In this document: in pieces, positions 44,192 to 52,133 of the stretch
Layout of the letters: the number at the start of each line of letters is the position of its first letter
How positions within the stretch are numbered: the stretch's first letter is position 1
Source: a virus
IMG/VR virus record: IMGVR_UViG_3300045988_117276
DNA length: 60,768 nt
Reading direction: 5' to 3' (one strand)
Made by a program: the position numbers and the translations under genes
Notes under the pieces: generated by a model
What the model was told of the DNA's origin: nothing
The model's input: the letters and a program-made list of their open reading frames with translations, nothing else
The model's database searches: none

Positions 44192-44220
44192 AAAAAAGCC
44201 CGGCATGTTGTATACCGGGC
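44192..44220 (-). terminator. Rho-independent terminator ending the Ntn-hydrolase cassette
   Basis: Minus strand reads GCCCGG-tatacaacatg-CCGGGC followed by TTTTTT. Confidence 0.7.
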
Positions 44221-44248
44221 AATTCCATTATAAATACCATACTAAGGA

Positions 44249-44467
44249 TTATTGATCTTCATTTATCTTTTCGTCCAGCTTCTGGTGTTGTTCTTCTTTT
44301 GCTATAGCTATTTGGCGGCTAATCTCATCTAAAATAGATTCAGTAACCCGATCAACCATTGAATCTAATTCGTAATTAGAGATATTGCACAAATTGTCAT
44401 CATCAAGTTCTGAAATATTAAATATTTGCTTGCTTGAAATTCCTCTTTTATAATACATTGTTTCCAT
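44249..44467 (-). CDS. Small acidic protein (72 aa) coupled to the Ntn hydrolase
   Basis: ATG 3 nt after the hydrolase stop; a terminator follows. Confidence 0.55.
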   Translation of the reverse strand: METMYYKRGISSKQIFNISELDDDNLCNISNYELDSMVDRVTESILDEISRQIAIAKEEQHQKLDEKINEDQ

Positions 44468-44470
44468 ACG

Positions 44471-45751
44471 TCATTTTATATAATAGTTTGAGAAAAAATG
44501 ATGATTCAAATCTGGTTGAAAATAATGTTTTCTTTTAATCCAAACAAAACCGTCACTCTTTGATATTATCGCGACATCAACAGGTCCTCCTACGGTTTCC
44601 TCAGAAGACATCATCCGTCTTTTTAAGAAAGTTAGGGAAATAAGACTTTCTGCCATTTCTGCCATATCTTCCTTCTCTAAGTAGGCTACAGTATCAACAA
44701 GTGGGGAAATATATTGTTTACCAATTATATTATTTATAGCTTCATCAAATACTTTTCTTATTCCTGAAATATCCAGCTTTTCTATGGCTGTAGATAATAT
44801 TGAATCTCCATTATTTGCTTTTATCGTATTAGAGACTAGCGTTGAATATGCGTTTAACGATTTAAAAAACAGGTCACTTACAAAGTGCTTAACACTGGGA
44901 TCGATACCTGTCAAAATGGTCTCCATAACATCAGTTTGAGCAAAAGGGCAAATCGCAGCCATATTATTTTCTGATATAACTGCTTCTGACTGTTTGTCAT
45001 AAGAGTATTTCAAAAAACCATCAAAAGCTGTTGAAACATTGATAGATTTTAATGATGGGAAAATATCAAATTTACCATAACCAACAAATACCAATCCTGT
45101 ATATCCTAACAGATTGAAACTAGACTTCAAAAATGAAAAAGCTGTTTGTTTTGCATGCTCGTATAATTCCGGAGAAGCTCCTGTATGATTTACGATATAA
45201 TTATATAATTCATCAAGTATATCTATAGAGTACTTTTCAAATTTTTCAAAGGTGTATGATTTTAACCCTTCACAAGGTTCTGATTTATCCAATTTTTCTT
45301 TTAAAGAAGATAATTCGTCTTTAATCGTTTTAAAAAGATAAGGCTTATTAGAGTCTGTGACTTCCCCACCAATTATAGCTATCGCCTTTCTTTCTATATC
45401 TTGATAAAGCCTAAAAATATGCATACGAAGGACTTTTCTTTGGAAACCTTCACTACAGAAGAAAGAATTATCAGATAAAAATTTAATGAAATCCGAAATG
45501 TAATCCGAAACAGAATTAAAATCCTTTTCTTTTAAATTGTCCCTATATAGTTTGACAATCACATCCCAAGGAGTCCCTAAAAAAGACGAAGAACTATATA
45601 TCATTACCGCTATGGGATGATATTTGGATATTGTTATTATTTTATTGGCTTGATTTAGTACTTTACGTCCTAATGTTCCATTTATTGTTGCTGCGCTATC
45701 CGCAGCTACAGCAACTGCATGTTTATTTAAAACTCCAACTATCGCTGTCAT
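44471..45751 (-). CDS. Proteasome/HslV-like Ntn (Thr1) hydrolase with a large helical insertion
   Basis: M-TAIVGVLNKHAVAVAADSAAT aligns with HslV [21 protein letters not shown] (Thr1 and Asp17 in register; a Lys falls near position 33-36). The C-terminal VGGPVDVAIISKSDGFVWI resembles the beta-subunit SGG...dG strand. About 250 aa lie between the two segments. Confidence 0.55.
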   Translation of the reverse strand: MTAIVGVLNKHAVAVAADSAATINGTLGRKVLNQANKIITISKYHPIAVMIYSSSSFLGTPWDVIVKLYRDNLKEKDFNSVSDYISDFIKFLSDNSFFCSEGFQRKVLRMHIFRLYQDIERKAIAIIGGEVTDSNKPYLFKTIKDELSSLKEKLDKSEPCEGLKSYTFEKFEKYSIDILDELYNYIVNHTGASPELYEHAKQTAFSFLKSSFNLLGYTGLVFVGYGKFDIFPSLKSINVSTAFDGFLKYSYDKQSEAVISENNMAAICPFAQTDVMETILTGIDPSVKHFVSDLFFKSLNAYSTLVSNTIKANNGDSILSTAIEKLDISGIRKVFDEAINNIIGKQYISPLVDTVAYLEKEDMAEMAESLISLTFLKRRMMSSEETVGGPVDVAIISKSDGFVWIKRKHYFQPDLNHHFFSNYYIK

Positions 45752-45765
45752 ATATTATAAAATTG

Positions 45766-45804
45766 GTGTACACAAAGATATATAATCTTTTTATTTCAAA
45801 CAAA
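45766..45804 (-). promoter_or_regulatory. Promoter for the Ntn cassette: -7 TATCTTTG (45773..45780), -33 TTTG (45801..45804), abutting the palindrome GTGTACAC
   Basis: TAnnTTTG match with a 20-nt spacer. The 8-bp palindrome at 45766..45773 overlaps the -7 box. Confidence 0.45.
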
Positions 45805-46030
45805 TATAATTCAAAATCTAATATATTTTATATACATAACAATATAACCCTCGCAATAATCACAAAGGGAATCAGCCAATACAACCACCTTTCTAGGCGT
45901 TCCATAGCATCACAAGCAGGAGCCGGCAGAAATCCGAGTGATACCGGTCGTCGGCCTGTGAAATCAAATCATCTATGTAGTCTTTTTCTCTCATTTTCGC
46001 CTGTTACATATATTTCTAACAAAATGCCCC

Positions 46031-46456
46031 TTAATATCTTCGACATAAGTTTTTCCTGCAATGTTCACACAAGAAGTTCTTCGCTATTGGGAACATCTTC
46101 TGACCTACCTCGCTGGAAAGATATTGGGCTTCCTCCCCATAGGGATCAATATTGAACACCTGTGAGATATGCCGGCACAAGTGCCCTTTTTCGTGGTCCC
46201 ATGAGTTTTGGAACTCTCCCGGGGAAGAAGTGAGAGCAATTACCATAACAGTCTCACGGTCCTCAAAGTCCGAATAAGTAAGACCGGTATTGAGAGCCCC
46301 GGAAGAGAGGTTTCTGTACGCTTGTTTGAAATCCTCCCCTCTACAACCGATACGGTGAAGTTCGCACAGAATCTCACTGGTCCAGTAAGTCGTTACGGCA
46401 TAATACACCCTAACTCTCCAATCATATTTCGGTATGTAGAAATCCTGAACTATCAT
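46031..46456 (-). CDS. Small putative zinc metallopeptidase (HExxH)
   Basis: WDHEKGHLCRH contains HEKGH; several Cys/His lie nearby. Confidence 0.45.
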   Translation of the reverse strand: MIVQDFYIPKYDWRVRVYYAVTTYWTSEILCELHRIGCRGEDFKQAYRNLSSGALNTGLTYSDFEDRETVMVIALTSSPGEFQNSWDHEKGHLCRHISQVFNIDPYGEEAQYLSSEVGQKMFPIAKNFLCEHCRKNLCRRY

Positions 46457-46458
46457 AA

Positions 46459-46938
46459 TCAGAGCATATCATCCCATATTATAGGTGTGCCGCTTCCGAT
46501 GCAATCTGCATAGAAACGGGTAAAAGGAAGTCCGTCATATCCGTCTGGATCATCTATATAATCCTTCACAAATAACGCCAGATGGGCTTCATCCATGATG
46601 GAACTCTTATAATAATCAGCTTTCGCCATATTGGCTACATATACGCAATCGTACCCGGCGTCTTTCTCCAGTTTAATTCCGTATTTCTTCAGAAGCTCCT
46701 CCACCTCTTCCTTTTTGATCGGAACGAGCTTTTCCTCCTGCTTGGTAGTCTTGTTCTCAACCTCCATTTTAGAAACAGCCCATTCACACATCTTCTTAGA
46801 GAAGTGCCAACCGTATAATGACAGATAATTTTTCATTGCCGGCGGCATCTTGTCATACGTATCTAGTCTTTGTCCCATAATTAATTGCTTTTTAGAATAA
46901 GAGGGGATTTCTCCCCTCATACGATTAATAGAACTCAC
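46459..46938 (-). CDS. Hypothetical protein (159 aa)
   Basis: ORF. Confidence 0.5.
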   Translation of the reverse strand: MSSINRMRGEIPSYSKKQLIMGQRLDTYDKMPPAMKNYLSLYGWHFSKKMCEWAVSKMEVENKTTKQEEKLVPIKKEEVEELLKKYGIKLEKDAGYDCVYVANMAKADYYKSSIMDEAHLALFVKDYIDDPDGYDGLPFTRFYADCIGSGTPIIWDDML

Positions 46939-47206
46939 CGTTTGAGCGTCTGCGTCTGCGCTCTCCCATATCTCCGTACATAGGGGATTCAGGGAAATAG
47001 CCAGGCATACGACGTTCGTTCATGCCGTCACCGTCATAACGTCCATTATCACGGAATCCCATTCCACCGCCACGCATTTCACTCATAGCCTTTTCATAAC
47101 CATGACGGCAGCCTTCACGATAGGCTTCTTCAACCTCGTTTCTTCCTCTCATTCCGAAGTCACGATCATATCCATCATGCTCTTCTCTAATTGTCCACAT
47201 TCCCAT
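46925..47206 (-). CDS. Low-complexity R/G/M/D-rich protein (93 aa)
   Basis: Start set at MGMWTIREEH, 1 nt after the upstream stop. RGGGMGFRDNGRYDGDGMNERRMPGYF...GERRRRR. Confidence 0.45.
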   Translation of the reverse strand: MGMWTIREEHDGYDRDFGMRGRNEVEEAYREGCRHGYEKAMSEMRGGGMGFRDNGRYDGDGMNERRMPGYFPESPMYGDMGERRRRRSNGEFY

Positions 47207-47207
47207 A

Positions 47208-47750
47208 TTATTTACTGTTTTTAGATGTCTCCTTCGTTCCAAGTTGTTCCATCAGCCGTTTATTCATTTCCATAAGGTCCGCCATATTCTTGCTCATTTC
47301 GGACATTTGGCCTTTTAATGATGCTATTTCCTGCTCCTGTCTTTGCTTTTCGGCAAATTCCGGGTTAAGAACGGTTAGCATCTTGTCGCAGCCGGTAATT
47401 ACGCTTTGATGAAAATCTATGCTGTTCAGAATATCAATGCTTTTCTGTTTCATAGATGTGACCTCCGAGTTCATTGCATCACGGGAACAGGATAATACAA
47501 TATTACCGTTCTGTCCAAAATCCGCAATGTCTCCTCCTGCCGGAAGATTCTGAAAGGTTGTGTTTTGTCCGTTTATGTTAATTACAATATCCACAACCAT
47601 TTCCGTCTGGGGAATTTGACCAATAGGAGTAGGCATAGGGTACTTGGGTTTCGGAGCCGAAACACTGACTACTGATCCTATTTCAATATAAGGATTCGCA
47701 TCCTTATGAAGAATATACAACTGATTATTTGCTCTTAACGATTGAAACAT
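47208..47750 (-). CDS. Hypothetical protein with a C-terminal coiled coil (180 aa)
   Basis: ORF. Confidence 0.5.
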   Translation of the reverse strand: MFQSLRANNQLYILHKDANPYIEIGSVVSVSAPKPKYPMPTPIGQIPQTEMVVDIVININGQNTTFQNLPAGGDIADFGQNGNIVLSCSRDAMNSEVTSMKQKSIDILNSIDFHQSVITGCDKMLTVLNPEFAEKQRQEQEIASLKGQMSEMSKNMADLMEMNKRLMEQLGTKETSKNSK

Positions 47751-47796
47751 AGTGATTGATTTTATAGGGCTACCGCATTACACGATAGCCCGTGTT

Positions 47797-48213
47797 TTAC
47801 TTACTTTTTGCCGCTACCGCTTCCGAAGTTGGAGCCGCCGGAGTAGTCGGTCTATATCCTCCATTTACCAGATACAATTCGTTTGTATACTTGTTATAAT
47901 GGATTTCGTAGATACCTGTACCAGCTAGGTTAGCGACTGTTACAGGCTCGTTGTTATAAGCCATCAACGGTCTTGTGTCCCCGTTAGTCCCTATCAGTAT
48001 CGGAAGTGTTGCAGTCGTACCAGCAGGGATCGCCTGACGAAGATTGACATAGAACCCTCCGACATAATCCCTGTTGCGGAATGCATGATTGGGAAGTTCT
48101 AATGTCACATTCTCCGTGCCGACCGTTACACCTACTGTCGGAAGGGTGTTGTTATTATTCCTTCCGAGTGTCGGAAACAGAAAGGGAAATCCTGTAAAAA
48201 AGTTAGGCCACAT
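47797..48213 (-). CDS. Hypothetical beta-rich protein (138 aa)
   Basis: Start set at MWPNFFTGFPF, with AAAGGAGG 5 nt upstream. The longer track ORF overlaps the upstream gene. Confidence 0.5.
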   Translation of the reverse strand: MWPNFFTGFPFLFPTLGRNNNNTLPTVGVTVGTENVTLELPNHAFRNRDYVGGFYVNLRQAIPAGTTATLPILIGTNGDTRPLMAYNNEPVTVANLAGTGIYEIHYNKYTNELYLVNGGYRPTTPAAPTSEAVAAKSK

Positions 48214-48235
48214 AGCTACCTCCTTTCTTACCGGA

Positions 48236-49201
48236 TCAACCCCAGTAGTTATTACAACCGCATCCGCCACGTCCGTATGCTGCGTCACCGGCATAAGCAC
48301 CGAAAGCAGCCGCACGGTAAGTATCCATGTTTACACCAACAATGTTAGGGTATTGAACCGGAACCGTGTTGGGTAACTTGCATTTGATTCCATCAACATC
48401 GCTTTGCAATGCTTGTAATCCGGCTGCAAGAGGAGCAATCTGTTGACCTACTGCGTTCAAAATTGTTGCATTCTGATTGCGTTGGGAGATTTCTGCAGTA
48501 AGAGTTGCCTTTTCCGCAGTAAGAGATGCAATCTTATCCTGCAATGCCTGATTCTGGATTGCATCCAACTTGGCAAGGATAGCATTAGTGTTGGCAGTAG
48601 CACTGTCACGCAAAGAAAGCGTATTTTGGTTGGCTGTGTTGACTAATGTATTAGTCTGGTTGCACATCGCAAGCTGGCTCTCATATCCTTGTGTGGTTAC
48701 AAGCTGTTTCATGTCGCAGCAACAGCTACAGATTTGAGATGTCAGAGCGTTGTTGCCCTGCATGATTGCAGTAAGGATGCTGTTGGTGTTCTGACCCATT
48801 TGATTACCAAGCCCACAGATTGCTTGTGATACGGAGTTAATACCGGCAAGGATTTGATCGGAAGAAGTGTTCACGGCTTGTGCCAGTGATGCAATGTCGA
48901 CACCGTTTCGGTTAAGTGTCTGCATAATCATCTCCCTTCCTTCGTTCGCTCCCTGATTATTATTGCCGCCAAAGCCGAAATTACCATTTCCGAAAATAGC
49001 TGCAATCACAATAAGCGCAATGATGTCTTGAAAACCACCATTGTTACCAAAGAAGCCACCGTTGCCATTGCCGCCTCCAAGCAGCCCCATCAGGTAACCG
49101 GTGTCAACTCCTCTGTTTTGCAAAGACGGAAGAATAGAAGCAAGCAGACCGTTTCCTGAAGCCGCTCCACCGTCCTGGTTAAAAACGTACGTTCTTTCCA
49201 T
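48236..49201 (-). CDS. G/N-rich, single-TM, Q/N/A coiled-coil protein with Cys clusters (321 aa)
   Basis: GGGNGNGGFFGNNGGFQDIIALIVIAAIFGNGNFGFGGNN... CSCCCDMKQL ... GRGGCGCNNYWG. Confidence 0.55.
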   Translation of the reverse strand: MERTYVFNQDGGAASGNGLLASILPSLQNRGVDTGYLMGLLGGGNGNGGFFGNNGGFQDIIALIVIAAIFGNGNFGFGGNNNQGANEGREMIMQTLNRNGVDIASLAQAVNTSSDQILAGINSVSQAICGLGNQMGQNTNSILTAIMQGNNALTSQICSCCCDMKQLVTTQGYESQLAMCNQTNTLVNTANQNTLSLRDSATANTNAILAKLDAIQNQALQDKIASLTAEKATLTAEISQRNQNATILNAVGQQIAPLAAGLQALQSDVDGIKCKLPNTVPVQYPNIVGVNMDTYRAAAFGAYAGDAAYGRGGCGCNNYWG

Positions 49202-49271
49202 AGAGATTTATACTTTTTTATTACGGTCAATATCAACCGCATCACAAAGTATATAATAGGGACTGCATAAA

Positions 49272-49568
49272 TCAGAGCTCATTTTCAAGCGATTTGCGAA
49301 TATTTTGCAGATATATTGCAATCATTTTGTTTGCCAGTTTACGGCTTTCAAAAGTAGATATAAGATAACGGATACTAGCGGATGTCTTGTGAAGCAAAGT
49401 CGCTATTTGTTCAGGATATAGCCCGTATTCAGTGAGGAAGAATACTACAATAGAACGGGCGTCAACAACTTCAGTAACTTTACTTGATGAAAGGATCAAT
49501 TCAGTAGAAACTTCAGTTTCTTTTCCAACAATATTTAGAATCTCGGCAAAAATCTCTGACTTACACAT
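49272..49568 (-). CDS. DnaA-domain-IV-like HTH protein (98 aa)
   Basis: SSKVTEVVDARSIVVFFLTEYGLYPEQIATLLHKTSASIRYLIS resembles the DnaA C-terminal DNA-binding fold. Confidence 0.35.
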   Translation of the reverse strand: MCKSEIFAEILNIVGKETEVSTELILSSSKVTEVVDARSIVVFFLTEYGLYPEQIATLLHKTSASIRYLISTFESRKLANKMIAIYLQNIRKSLENEL

Positions 49569-49661
49569 AGTAATTTAATTTTTTGTTGTACTTTTGCCTT
49601 TGCCAATCGTACTCAGTACCAAATAAACAAAAGCATATATAGGAATGTTAAGGATATTATA

Positions 49662-49744
49662 CCCCCGACACTACCTATGTATGCTTTTGGTATGCTAAAA
49701 AGTTCGATTGGCGTCAACTTTCAGTGTTGGGGGTTCTTTTTTTT
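49662..49744 (+). terminator. Orphan plus-strand hairpin plus U tract (terminator or end of a small RNA)
   Basis: CCCCCGACACT (49662..49672) pairs with AGTGTTGGGGG (49723..49733) and is followed by TTCTTTTTTTT. There is no plus-strand gene upstream. Confidence 0.4.
49706..49730 (-). repeat. Inverted copy of the 24-bp element at 19992..20015
   Basis: gattggcgtcaactttcagtgttgg; see 19992..20015. Confidence 0.85.
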
Positions 49745-49938
49745 ACTCTATCCCCCAAAAGAGTTACATTTGTTATGATAACCGGCCTTCTACTTTACCG
49801 GATAACTTAGTGCTTAATAATCAATTAATGTCTCATTTTGTCCTCCTTTCTTAATAAACCTTTTTCCAATGGAAATTGTTATATAAATACAACTTAAACT
49901 TTTCATACCGGAAACGGTCTGTGAAGATAGTGCCGGTA

Positions 49939-50403
49939 TTACCACATAAATAAATTATAACTTACTCCACCACCGACATACAATCCACCGGGATAGCCGT
50001 ATCCAAATTGCAGGCCAAGGCCCCAGCGTTTTTGCTTCGGTTTAAGAGTGATGATTTCCTTTTCTCCGTAGACTTCCATAAAGTCAAGGCTGGGCTTATA
50101 ACCGCTAACTATTGCACGGTAATTATCAGTCTTATACTCCTTGATTGTAATCGGTATAATCACCGGAACCGAGTCGCCTTCTACGGTTCTGTCGGTAGTG
50201 GTATCTACTATTATCGGTAAATACACCGTATCGGTACGCTTTAAGGTCTCCTTTACCGGCATAAGCACGATGTCAACTATAGTGTCCCTTACTCTTATCG
50301 TATCTCCCTTTACATAGACAGTCGAAGGATCGTGCGGATTACAACGCATCCACACGACCACGCATACAAGCAGGCAGACTAATATCCAAGGGAGAGATTT
50401 CAT
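49939..50403 (-). CDS. Signal-anchored protein with a beta-barrel-like aromatic C-terminus (possible spanin/lysis accessory)
   Basis: N-terminal LPWILVCLLVCVVVW. The C-terminus reads GLGLQFGYGYPGGLYVGGGVSYNLFMW. Confidence 0.45.
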   Translation of the reverse strand: MKSLPWILVCLLVCVVVWMRCNPHDPSTVYVKGDTIRVRDTIVDIVLMPVKETLKRTDTVYLPIIVDTTTDRTVEGDSVPVIIPITIKEYKTDNYRAIVSGYKPSLDFMEVYGEKEIITLKPKQKRWGLGLQFGYGYPGGLYVGGGVSYNLFMW

Positions 50404-50678
50404 ATGATACTTTCACTTGATGACCACTCCGGACCGGACAATAAAGTATTCAGCTCTTCGCCTTCGTAGGTAGGATAAGGATAAATCGGATTTTCCGTTT
50501 TTTCTTCTTCGTCCAATAATGGCAAGGTCATAATGGACGGAAAAAGAGCTTCGTAATGAACTATCTTCATGATCACCTGAGTACCGTCAACGCTCTTTCG
50601 TGGGGTCAGGTGCAGTTCGTCGAGCATCTCTTGCGGTATCTCGTCCAGTTTCTCTGTAGGGAATACAATGTATTTCAT
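50400..50678 (-). CDS. Hypothetical protein (92 aa)
   Basis: ORF with an ATGA overlap to the next gene. Confidence 0.5.
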   Translation of the reverse strand: MKYIVFPTEKLDEIPQEMLDELHLTPRKSVDGTQVIMKIVHYEALFPSIMTLPLLDEEEKTENPIYPYPTYEGEELNTLLSGPEWSSSESII

Positions 50679-50737
50679 AATTGCTTCTTATAAAATGTGA
50701 ATAACATACCTAATACGGAAGGGAATTAAGTGAGCTT

Positions 50738-52132
50738 TTATAAATATAATCCTTCCAAAATATCCTCAATCGTGTAGAATGTGACATTTTCAATTTGAGA
50801 TAATTGGTCAATCAATGCTTTCCATCCATCACCATTGTTTGGATATGTTGCATCTTTCAAACGGTTATCCCAAGATTCACCGTGAAATCCCAAGACAGCC
50901 AAACCACCACATTCTACCGCTTGTCTTACACTCTCAACCATATATCCAATACCCTCCTGAACATTGTCTATTTTAACTTGCGAATCAAGTGCCGTAATGT
51001 TCAACAGTCGGGTCATTGGATATTCTGGATAACTTATCATATATTTATCCGTAAGACCCTCTCCCGCCCAATGGTGGTAGATCATTTTTGCCGAAGAGTT
51101 CATTTGCGCCAAATACCGTGTTGTAGGATAGGCGGCTGACGGATTACTCAATATCCTCGAACCATCTTTGAATCCGTTGCGTATCATCCACCTTGCCGCT
51201 TTTTCGTAATCTTGCATAACCTCATCATATGTCATGTCTGCAGAAATGTTGTGCGAAAATGTGTGGTTGAAAATAAAATGCCCGTCATCTTTCAATCTTT
51301 TTACAACATCCAAAGAAGAATGAGTTTTACCCGTAATAATAAAGTCTGGTATTATCGAAAGGCTGCATTCTATGCCTTTACTCTTTGCGTAATCAGCCAT
51401 CAAAGGTACATTTTCATTCATGTTATCTATAACAATCAAACAACCTCCTTTTGTTATATTCTCACGGAACTCAAGATTCGACAAATACACGTTTGCAGAT
51501 TGCGAACCGCTTAATGTACATATTCCAACACTTGTAACATTTTCCGCATCAAATTGGCTTCCAACCATATCACTATGCCATTGATTTAGCAATGGTTTGA
51601 TTGCCAAATTCATATGAAAAAATCCATTTCTATAATTAGCAATAGCGCCATAATAAACACGAAGAATTGCTCTGTGGTTCGCATCGTTGTAATCACCGCT
51701 AAATAGAACAATTGCAACAATAGGACGCTCATCGTCTTGCGTATCTAATCCTATCGCAAACGAAAGTGACACATGACAATTATTAATATTTATAGGTGAT
51801 TTAGTATTTGTTGTTATCCATGCCCTTCCAGATGATATTGTGCGGTTAACCTTTACACAAGTGCGATCGCATTTATATATTTCATCATATACATCAACAA
51901 GTTCGTTTGAAACCGTCACATCTACACCAATAAACGATGATGGCGAAATGTTGGCTTTGAAAATGGAATGCGGCGTTTTTGCATCATCAAATTTTGTTGA
52001 TTGTTTGTTTGATATATCCGTTTTGCATTCAGCAACATTTTGCGACAACTCATCAAAGTTCCCATCTATCCCTTGCGCAATGACTCCCCACGACTTTTCG
52101 GAGTCTTTTGCTATGGCAAATATCTTTTCCAT
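50738..52132 (-). CDS. Tail-associated protein with a putative polysaccharide-deacetylase (NodB-like) C-terminal domain
   Basis: FIFNHTFSHN matches the H(S/T)xxH metal motif. The gene is embedded among fibre genes. Confidence 0.45.
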   Translation of the reverse strand: MEKIFAIAKDSEKSWGVIAQGIDGNFDELSQNVAECKTDISNKQSTKFDDAKTPHSIFKANISPSSFIGVDVTVSNELVDVYDEIYKCDRTCVKVNRTISSGRAWITTNTKSPININNCHVSLSFAIGLDTQDDERPIVAIVLFSGDYNDANHRAILRVYYGAIANYRNGFFHMNLAIKPLLNQWHSDMVGSQFDAENVTSVGICTLSGSQSANVYLSNLEFRENITKGGCLIVIDNMNENVPLMADYAKSKGIECSLSIIPDFIITGKTHSSLDVVKRLKDDGHFIFNHTFSHNISADMTYDEVMQDYEKAARWMIRNGFKDGSRILSNPSAAYPTTRYLAQMNSSAKMIYHHWAGEGLTDKYMISYPEYPMTRLLNITALDSQVKIDNVQEGIGYMVESVRQAVECGGLAVLGFHGESWDNRLKDATYPNNGDGWKALIDQLSQIENVTFYTIEDILEGLYL

Positions 52133-52133
52133 A

